Virus record (IMG/VR): IMGVR_UViG_3300028569_000129
Coordinates: 1-29,020 of that record
Reading direction: 5' to 3' (one strand)
DNA: 29,020 nucleotides
Origin: a virus
Lineage: Duplodnaviria; Caudoviricetes
The position numbers were made by a program, and so were the translations under genes. Of the stretch, positions 1 to 9,300 are shown one piece after another; positions within the stretch are counted from its first letter, which is position 1, and every line of letters begins with the position of its first letter. The notes below the pieces were generated by a model. It worked only from the letters and a program-made list of their open reading frames with translations, searched no databases and was not told the DNA's origin.

Positions 1-737
1 GTTGTAAGAACATTACCAGTATAATTTTTTATTGCTCTTGGTGTTGCAGTGTATATAACATCTCTTGTTGTGTTGTTAGTATCAGTACCAGAAAGATAAT
101 TAATTTTTGATGTTTTAATAATATCTTTACTTACACTAGAAACAGGTCCAAACAGATAAGTTTTTGCGGTAAATCTTAAAGTATAAAGAAGAACTCTTCT
201 TGTAGAAAAATCTCCCTCATAATCATCTTGCATAGTCACATTTTCTAAAACAATAGGAATATCTCTTTTTTCTTGAATTGAATCTACCAAAGAAACTGTT
301 AGGTTATAAGCCGGTTGAAAATAAGGTAAAATTTGCTCAACAATCTGTAAAGCATCATCATTTAATTTTGACATAATTGACAGTTCAAATTGCATATTAT
401 ATGGAACTGGCATATACATTTTTTTTGTTTCAATACCAGTATCTGGATCTTTTGCAATAAATGTTTGAGTCGTAGTTAATTTTCTAGATTGATCATAAGT
501 CAAACCAGTAAATTCAAAAGACATTCTGGGTAAAGTAATTGCAGTAGATTTATTTAAATCGGGAGACTGATTCAATCTTGCAAGAAATTTTTGCGTGGGC
601 CCATACGCAAAAGGAACTTTTATGACACTGACAACATCATCTGAAGAGTTTGTGTGTTTAATTGAAATATTATTAAAAAGCGTCCCAAAAGATATGATTG
701 TTTTTCTTAAAATCTCGTTGTAAAAATACTCAAACAT
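1..737 (-). CDS. gp15: Tail sheath stabilizer / tail terminator (T4 gp15-like); runs off the left edge; absent from the ORF track
   Basis: Manual translation from ATG at 737: MFEYFYNEILRKTIISFGTLFNNI...KVPFAYGPTQKFLARL...TLPRMSFEFTGLTYD...PVPYNMQFELSI...DDALQIVEQILPYFQP...DDYEGDFSTRRVLLYTLRFTAKTYLFGPV. These are gp15 motifs, and the gene follows gp13-gp14. Confidence 0.93.
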   Translation of the reverse strand, partial: MFEYFYNEILRKTIISFGTLFNNISIKHTNSSDDVVSVIKVPFAYGPTQKFLARLNQSPDLNKSTAITLPRMSFEFTGLTYDQSRKLTTTQTFIAKDPDTGIETKKMYMPVPYNMQFELSIMSKLNDDALQIVEQILPYFQPAYNLTVSLVDSIQEKRDIPIVLENVTMQDDYEGDFSTRRVLLYTLRFTAKTYLFGPVSSVSKDIIKTSKINYLSGTDTNNTTRDVIYTATPRAIKNYTGNVLT

Positions 738-759
738 TGATAGGTACCTATTATAATAC

Positions 760-767
760 TATTTAAA
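760..767 (-). promoter_or_regulatory. T4-type late promoter core (TTTAAATA)
   Basis: TAAATA ends 22 nt upstream of the gp15 ATG; resembles the gp55 consensus TATAAATA. Confidence 0.65.
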
Positions 768-791
768 CATTTCAATTGTTGTAAGCAATAT

Positions 792-2231
792 TTATGGATT
801 GCCAAATGGATTGCTTTCACTAAAATCAACAATTAAATCTGCCTCTGTCTCAATCGAAGAATTATCTGTAAAACCATCACTATTTGCATTTAAATCAACA
901 ATTCTTAATTGATAAGACGCACTTGATGCTGTTCCAACAATATTTTCACCAACTATAAATTCTCCAGAAACATTAGAAACTTCTAAAATATTTGTTATAG
1001 AACTCCAAGTTCTTACTTTTGCGGTAGTTGCACTTAATGAACCTGTAATTGTTTCATTAAATAAGAATGTTCCAGATGAGGACATTGATGGTGGGCTGAT
1101 TAATATAGATGGGGCAATACTATATCCTAAACCTGCATTTATAATTTGAATTGCAGTAATAGTTCCAGCCGCACTCACTATTGCAGTTGCAGCCGCCGAA
1201 ACAGTAGTAACACCTGTTTTAAATATTTGATTTGTAAATGTTATTGTTGGTGATGATGAATATCCAGAACCACTATTTGTTAAGGTTACAATACCGACAA
1301 TATTATTACCAATTGTGGCAGTGGCAGCTGCCCCAGATCCACCACCACCTATAAATTTAACTCCAGGCACAACAGTATATCCAAAACCAGGATTTATAAT
1401 CTGTACGCCTTGTACAGATTGTGCATTTGAATTTACATTTTCATTACAAACTACTATACCACCTATCATTGTAGCAGTAGCAATTCCAGTTACTCCACCG
1501 GATGGGGCCGATGATATTCCAACAATTGGAATTGATGTGTAACCACCACCCCTATTTGAAACAGTAATAAATCTAATTCCACCAAAAGTTACTATACCAA
1601 CAACAGCAGTTGCCGTTACACCAACTCCAACTAAAGTGAGGGTTTGTGTATTTCCTAAAATTGGATTATTAGTATCATTAAGATTATCTGTTTCACCAAT
1701 TAAAATCTCATCTATTTCATCAATATCAGTATCAATAACTTCATCTTCATATCTAAACAATTCGCATTTTAATACATACACATAATTTTTTTGAAGTTGA
1801 TAAAAAGGTTTTTCATGCTCTACAAATTTTATTTCAAATAGTCTATTTCCCAAAGGAAAATAAATTAGATCACCTTCTTTTGGCCTTTTTGATAATTTAA
1901 TGTTTGGTTTATTTTGAATTAGTGGTGCGATATAAGTTTCAAATCTTTCTTGAGATATTATAAAATTTATTTCTTGAGATGATTGAATTCCAAATTTTGT
2001 TAGCAATGTGGTATTGTCAGAATATCCTTCATAATTTTCAACGTATGCTTCTAGTGGATATGCATCAGTAAACTCCGATTCAATTACTTCTCTTATAACA
2101 GTTTTTTCTGTTATATATTTTCGAGGTAGATAGTGAACTTCAACACCATACATTCTCAACTGTTCGTTGATTAAATCTTGAATAAGATTTTGCTCACTAT
2201 TAGATCCCTGAAGAAAAAATGGATTTAACAT
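792..2231 (-). CDS. gp14: Neck protein gp14 (head completion) with a large Gly/Thr-rich insertion
   Basis: N-terminal core LNPFFLQG..EQNLIQDLINEQLRMYGVEVHYLPR...RPKEGDLIYFPL..LFEIKFVEHEKPFYQL...CELFRY and C-terminal DFSESNPFG; lies between gp13 and gp15. Confidence 0.92.
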   Translation of the reverse strand: MLNPFFLQGSNSEQNLIQDLINEQLRMYGVEVHYLPRKYITEKTVIREVIESEFTDAYPLEAYVENYEGYSDNTTLLTKFGIQSSQEINFIISQERFETYIAPLIQNKPNIKLSKRPKEGDLIYFPLGNRLFEIKFVEHEKPFYQLQKNYVYVLKCELFRYEDEVIDTDIDEIDEILIGETDNLNDTNNPILGNTQTLTLVGVGVTATAVVGIVTFGGIRFITVSNRGGGYTSIPIVGISSAPSGGVTGIATATMIGGIVVCNENVNSNAQSVQGVQIINPGFGYTVVPGVKFIGGGGSGAAATATIGNNIVGIVTLTNSGSGYSSSPTITFTNQIFKTGVTTVSAAATAIVSAAGTITAIQIINAGLGYSIAPSILISPPSMSSSGTFLFNETITGSLSATTAKVRTWSSITNILEVSNVSGEFIVGENIVGTASSASYQLRIVDLNANSDGFTDNSSIETEADLIVDFSESNPFGNP

Positions 2232-3076
2232 TATCCGATCATATCAAAAGGAGGAAGTTCATAAGTATTTGACATTTTTTCCATCAAAGCATCAATTTCT
2301 TTTTGAGCATCATCATATATTTGTCTGCCATTTAATTCTATTCCTCCTGGAAGTTTTACTCCTTGAAATTTAATTAAATTTTGACCCCATTGGCGTTTGA
2401 TTAGAGAAGTTAAATATGGTTTTAAAAATGAATCATTATAAATTCTTGCATAGTCATTTGGATCTAAAGTTGAATAACAATCGATAATAATATAAGTACC
2501 TACAGCAATACTAGCCCAATCAATATCCAAATATAATCTATCTTGTCTTTTATTAAATCTTATTTGTTTTTGAGTATTTAATAAAAACCCCAAATCTTCC
2601 AAATATGTTTTAACCATTGCATAACTTAAAATTTCAACGGCACCTAAATGATAAACATCATTTAAAAATAGTTGGTATTTAATACTAAACATATTATTGG
2701 TAATAGTGTTGGTACCATCAAATTGAAATATTTTATTTACCCCAATTATATTTGGTGGTACTTGTAGATAATTACTATTTTCAGTATAAGTAAAAGTGGT
2801 TGCGGTACCAACGATATTTGTTGTTGCTGAAGTAGTTACAAGACCGACAACAGAGGTGCCTCCACCAGCCCTTCCACGATCTTTATCATTTTGAGTTATT
2901 TTATATTTGTAAAAAGTTGGATAAACTCCATCAAAATGACGTTCTTGAAATAGTTGTATTGCGTCATCCACTAAATCATCAATTTGTTCGTCTGCAACAT
3001 TAATTTCAAGTACTGGGGCACCCAACTTCCTTTTACAGTAATTTATCAATTCTTGTCGAGTAGTTGGTTGTGCCAT
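2231..3076 (-). CDS. gp13: Neck protein gp13 (head-tail adaptor)
   Basis: MAQPTTRQELINYCKRKLGAPVLEINVADEQIDDLVDDAIQLFQERHFDG and KRQWGQNLIKFQGVKLPGGIELNGRQIYDDA; TAATG overlap with gp14. Confidence 0.95.
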   Translation of the reverse strand: MAQPTTRQELINYCKRKLGAPVLEINVADEQIDDLVDDAIQLFQERHFDGVYPTFYKYKITQNDKDRGRAGGGTSVVGLVTTSATTNIVGTATTFTYTENSNYLQVPPNIIGVNKIFQFDGTNTITNNMFSIKYQLFLNDVYHLGAVEILSYAMVKTYLEDLGFLLNTQKQIRFNKRQDRLYLDIDWASIAVGTYIIIDCYSTLDPNDYARIYNDSFLKPYLTSLIKRQWGQNLIKFQGVKLPGGIELNGRQIYDDAQKEIDALMEKMSNTYELPPFDMIG

Positions 3077-3095
3077 GTATTTGCTTCTTTTGAAA

Positions 3096-3103
3096 TATTT
3101 AGG
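3096..3103 (-). promoter_or_regulatory. T4-type late promoter core (CCTAAATA)
   Basis: TAAATA in a 39-nt intergenic gap, ending 19 nt upstream of the gp13 ATG. Confidence 0.65.
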
Positions 3104-3115
3104 ATATGCTAAAGA

Positions 3116-3340
3116 TTATTGCTTTAAAAGTTGCTTCAATAAAGTCTTAATTTCACTAATATCATTTTTAATATTGATAACTTCATCTTCAATTAAATTT
3201 ACTTTTTGATCTTCTTTTGATTTTATATCTTTCATAATAAGATATTCCTTGTAATTTGACATATTTGTATTAATAATTGAATTTGTTTTTGGATCTCTAA
3301 TAAAGTTATCATATCCAGTGACTTTAAAATATTCTTTCAT
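3116..3340 (-). CDS. Small phage protein (74 aa) with C-terminal coiled coil; probably virion-associated
   Basis: KVTGYDNFIRDPKTNSIINTN N-terminus and heptad-like tail (IEDEVINIKNDISEIKTLLKQLL); starts 4 nt after the upstream stop. Confidence 0.8.
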   Translation of the reverse strand: MKEYFKVTGYDNFIRDPKTNSIINTNMSNYKEYLIMKDIKSKEDQKVNLIEDEVINIKNDISEIKTLLKQLLKQ

Positions 3341-3344
3341 TTTA

Positions 3345-6300
3345 TTATGCTAAAGAAATTGTTCTAAATTCTTTTATTCTTGGTGGATAAGTTTGATTTG
3401 TTGAAGTTGCTAAAAATTTAATTCTATATAATCTAAATGGTGGTAATTCATCCGCAGTAAATGTATATTCCTTAAAATCAAGTGAAGATGATTCAAATTG
3501 AAGAGACTGTGATTTTGGTACTAAAGAATCTGAAGTTCCATCATTATTTGTTGAATCAATAATTCTACCTCTATAATCCAAATTAGAATATCCTGGAAAG
3601 GGTACAAATATAGGTTTAAATCCTCCTTTGTCTCCTATTGCATAAAATACTCTTATATCCGAGTATTCATTAATATACGCAGATAATATAACTTTCAAAG
3701 ACGTTGCAGGATTTTCTACTGATATTTCTTTTGATATATATTGAAAAGATGTGGGATCTGTTAATGAATCGTTTACTCTACTATCTTCAGCATAATCTGT
3801 AATAACACTATTAACTCTATTGGAAACAAATATTGCACTAATTCTTTGACTGTCAATAACTGGAGAAACTTTAGTGTCAACTGTTTCCAAATCTAATTGA
3901 AGATTAAATGATTTATTTCCTGGTATATTTAATCCGGTAAAATTATTTGTTTCATTCACATTAGAACATATTAGTCTTGTACTGGTTAAATAATTTGATT
4001 TGTTTATTGAAATGTTTTCAAAACCATTATTTTGATATGGCACTTCAGATCCACTAATACTTTGTCCAGTGATAGTTCTAATTTTTCCATCAAGTTTAGT
4101 TCCAGAAACAGTAGTGTTTTGAATCATAGGAGAAATTATTTCAAATGGAATGTTTTGTGTTGCCTTAATGTTATTTCCACCAGCAAATCTTGTTTTATTT
4201 GTATAAAGTTTTGGATACCCAGCATCATTACTTCTATCAATACCATTTAATGAAGTATCTAACTTTATATTATAGGAATCAAAAGATATTGAATCTGAAA
4301 TTGTAGAATCTTGTAAATTATGTGTTTTATTAATTCTCCTTAAAGAAACACCACATAATTCATATTTGTAAACCAATGTTCCTGCTGGATAATCTCTTTT
4401 AAATAGGTTTACACTAACTTCTCCAGGAACACTAGATGTTGGTGAAAAAACCCTGGTAATAGTTCCACCAATATTATTTCCAGAAACTTGAGTATACGAT
4501 ATAATTTCATCTCCAATAAGTAGATAACCTGGGTTTGTTGTTCCGACTCCAACATTTTCAAAAGTTGAAAAGGAAGATGCATTTTCAACAGAAAGTGCTG
4601 AAGTTGAATCTGAAGTGTATGCTAAAGAAAGTTTGGTTGGTAAAACATCAGACTGAATATTTGATAAAGTAACATAATTGTCTGCAAAATGCATTCCATG
4701 ATTTACATGATTCACCAAAATATGAAGACCGTCATTTACCACTTGAATATTGCTAATCTGAACATTTCCTCCAGACATTGAATTTAATCCAACATTATCT
4801 CCAGAATTATTATTGTATCTAACTGTGTTTCCAACTCCAGAAACAATAAATTCTCCCTGAACATCACTTAAAATTAATTCATTAGTGTTTCCTATAGAAA
4901 CTACAGATAATCTAGCATTTCTTCCAATAGGAATGTTTCCTATTATTCCTATTCCCAAAACATCGCCAATTCTATAACCAAATCCACCATTACCAATTGT
5001 GGCAGCTACAGAAACTCCGTTACTTATTGTTATATTTGCTGTTGCATTTCTTCCGCTACCACTAATCGTAACTAAATTTATACCATTAAAAGTTTTCCCT
5101 CCGGAAGAAGGAGTATATCCAATACCAGAGTTAGTTATTGTAAGAGAACCTGTAGCGGATCCAGCACTACCAACATAATTCCCGGTTGCATTTGTACCCT
5201 GCTGTACAATTGTATTTCCCAATTTCAATTCAGAATCTGTAATTGAAGTTGACAACCCTATTCTAATTTCTCTAGATTGAAAACTTAAAGAATCTGGTAA
5301 AAGAGTTGCAACCTGACTATTTCCTTCAGAAAGAACGGGATTATAAAATTGAACGTTACCTTTTGTCGCAAATTCAGCCCTATACAAATTAAATTTTAAA
5401 TCTTCCCATTGACTTGCATCCCATGTTGATCCATTTTGAGATTTAAAAAGTGAACCAAGATATGGTTGATTTGATATAAACGTTTGGGTTTGAATATCCT
5501 CCTCACCAACTCTAGAGATATAAACTTGATATTTAGTAGAAATGGATAGTAAACACATTGCATATGATGTTCCACCCCCTTCCAAATATACTGGAGATTT
5601 AAAGGTGAATTTGGTTGGAATAGATCCATCATCAGACACATTGATTTCATCTGGACTAAGAACTATTTCTGAGAATGGTAGTACTTTTTGAGTTGGAACT
5701 CCAGTTTGCATAGTTCTTATCTGAAATATACATGGAATTCCTAAGTCATCTTTAGATTGAAAATAAACCTCACAACTTGTAATAAAAATTCCATTAGATT
5801 CTTCAACCAAGAATGATTGTGCCAAAGGATCGACAAACACATCTTGACTTTCAGATCTAGTTGTTTGTCCAGTAATTATTGAATTTATCAGTTGAGGTCC
5901 TGTTGTACTAAATATTGCTCTTTCTTCAAATCGTTGTTTATTTTCAATTCTAGCATTCCTAACAGATATAATATCTTCCTGAAAAGTTTCTAAAATACCA
6001 CTAGAAGAATATGATTCTTCTCCTATTGTTGTTGCCTTATCTTGATTATTTGTTTCACTATTAATTAATGTAAACATCTTAGTTCCAGTTTCAAATCTTG
6101 GATTTGTTGAAACATTTGGATTCGGTATGAAAAAACTTCCCATCCAATCTGAGGAAATAGTTGATATCAATTTAACATCATTTAATGTTGCAACTGCACC
6201 GCTGGTTTGTCCAACAAATATCATTCCAGGAGATACCCAACCACCATATTCTCCTTGAACTTTATCTGATAGTGAAAATGTATCTATATTAAGTATTTCG

Positions 6301-9300
6301 GAAGTTGATGAATATGATGGGGGTATAACTCTTGATGTATATGGATTTTGTGTAAATTGTGAAGTTGGGGAATTATATGGACCTTCTTTGTGTTTTGATG
6401 ATGCCAATCTAAAAACAATTCTTGGTGTTGTTCCTGGGATACTTCTGTTTATTCCAGAAGTATCTAATGTTCCTATAACTGTTTCTCCAACCACAAAAGT
6501 ACCAGACTTCATACTTATGTTTAAAAGTTTTGGAATACAATATTGAGTAACTTCAATATTATCAAAAAATGCATACAATCTCGTAAGTGGTTTTAATCTT
6601 TTAGATACAATTTGAACATTTCTAGATCTCATAAAAGCAACCAAATCTCTACTTAAAAGTTTTTCCCCCTGAGCAGTAACATCAAATTGTTCAGAAATGA
6701 ATGTCTGAGAACCAGTTCTCGATTCTTCTCCAGTGGTTATAGTTTCTTGTCTTGTTTCCTCAGTAGTAGTTACTGTAGTTTGAAAAGTATCTCTTCTCCA
6801 CGTCCACCCAGCACCATCGTGCCAAGTTCCACTACTACCAGTACGTACACGATTTGATACTTCTTGTTTCTCTGTAACATTAGTAACTATTTCTTGACCA
6901 ATCCAATTTGTTTCCCAGGCATTCCAGGCAACAGGAGCAAATCCGGTGTTTGGATTAAATCCAAGATTTATAACAGCATTTGCAACAGTTTCTGCATAAT
7001 TACCCTCTTGATTGATAATTCTCGGTTCTAAACGAACTGTATCTACCCAAGTGTCTGATGGCGGTGTTAGTTCTAATGTTGCCTGCCAAAAACTAATAAT
7101 ATATGGTGTAATACTTTCTGTTCTAGTTGCAAAAGTTTGTTTTAACCATTCAACCTCAGTATAATCAAGAGTAATAATATCTCCTGTTTTTTTAATATTG
7201 ATTCCTTCTGGTTGAACAAATGCCAAATCTCTATTTGGATTTATATTTTCAACAGGTCCTACAATTAAATCTAAAGATGTTGTATAATGTCTAGGTCTTA
7301 TCTCACTATTTTTAACGTCAATGCTGTTCTTGATTGATACCGATTCTTCTTGAGACAACAGTGTTTTAAAATTATCTACAAAAAATCCTGACTTAAATCT
7401 ATTTAAACCATTTGAATCTGCAATAAAAAGATTTGCAGTATTTGTTTCCAACAATGATAATGATGTATAATATTCTAAATTTTTGATTCGTGTTTCAAGT
7501 CTTCTAATATCAGACATCGTATAACCCTTATGCTCCAAAAATTTAATTGAGGCATCTTTTACATTATAAAGGTAAGGTGGGAGTTTTATCGAAGCAATTT
7601 CTAAAGCGCCCTCTATTGAAATTGGTGGTTCAAATTTTTCTGATGGTACACCATACGAAACTTGAAGTTTTCCATCTGATGACAAGAAAATTCTATCATG
7701 TCTACCAAGATAATGTGAAAATGATATTGATATAGATTCATCTGATGCTAAAATATTTGTTGCTGAATTTCCAGAGGCATTAAATGTTCTACCATAAAAT
7801 TCAAATGGAGATCTAGAATTTTCGAAAACACTATAATTTGAAACTACAGGTCTTATATCAACAATATCAGTATTTCTTATCCCATTTACTCTTTGTATCT
7901 CTGTAGCATAATCAAAACTATCATAAGAATTTGTAGTTGTGATATCTCCATTATCAGAAGAATCATAATAACCATTGAGAAAATAAACTTTAATTTTTCT
8001 TAATGGAGCAGATTCCTTTGATTTTCTTGATAAAATTCCAACATCATAAAAATAACCGTTTTGTCCAGATGAAAATGTAAATTTAGGTGAAATGTCCAAA
8101 CTTGTGCTGGACAATGAGGTGATAATTGCTTCTACATTAGATTCTTGACATTTAATTACTTCTCCTTCTAAAAAGTTTGAACTTGAAATTGCAATAAATG
8201 ATATTTGAGAATCATTCAACCTTTCAGCAATTAACCCTATTGCACCAGAAGTTCTTCCTATAATTTTTTCTCCCACAACTAAATCAGAAGTTTTTGATGT
8301 TGGACTATTAATAGAATTTAAAGTCATTTTTGGAGCAGATGGATCATTATTATCAATAGATTCAAAAATACCAAAAATTCTAATTACGTCTGGAACATTT
8401 AGTGAAATTTGTTCATCTTGAATTCTAGTTCCATATGGGTAATTGCCATAAGTCAACCCATCATTTAAAGTTGTAGATCCAATTCCAGATGACGATTTTG
8501 ATGACTTATCTACAATTATAGTATTAATTCTTTTTTTATTTTTAATTTTATTTGTTGGTGAAATTTTTCTTAATGTTGTATGAAGAGTAGCCCCAACATC
8601 ATCAGATCCCAATCCATAAATCATCAAAGATTGTGATCCTAAAGTAAACTCAAATTTATCCGAAGTTAAAATTTCATAAGAACCATTTGATCTCACTAAT
8701 GTATATCTTTCTTCATCAAATGGTAAAAAAGTTTCATTATTTCCTGCAGATACTGTTAAAGATAGTTGGTTTCCAACAATATCTACATTATAAGTTTTTC
8801 TAATAGTTAGTGAAGAATTTTTTAAATCTACATTTGATATATTTGACTTCGATAGGCGAGTAAAAAAAGTATTATCATATGAAAAATTTAATTTGGTTGT
8901 TAGTACTTGAAAATCAGATACAGAAAGATTGTTCGTTGGTAATTTTCCTGTACATATACCAGTAACTGTTGCTACACCAACAATAGTTACACTACTTGTA
9001 CTAATTCCAATTATTTTTGCAAATATCGGATCTAAGTGGTTAGGATCACTATATTGAACTAAAGAATTTATCTTTAAATCATTATTGGGAAAATTAACAT
9101 TTGTAGTTGTAACTGTGCTAATTCCAGAATCAATTGGTGAAATATTTGCAGATCCAACACTAAGTAAATTTGTTTGTAAAATATCAGATGTGAAAGTTTT
9201 TGCAGATCCAACTATTCCATAAACTGATTTTACATCAGAAATTCCATAAGAAGTTATTGCTATTGAAACTCTTGTGTTTTCAATTCCATTTATTATAAAA

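Noticed and set aside
740-751. 12-bp palindrome ATAGGTACCTAT upstream of gp15
   Set aside because: Single occurrence with a weak stem; could be chance, although it sits in the ribosome-binding region.
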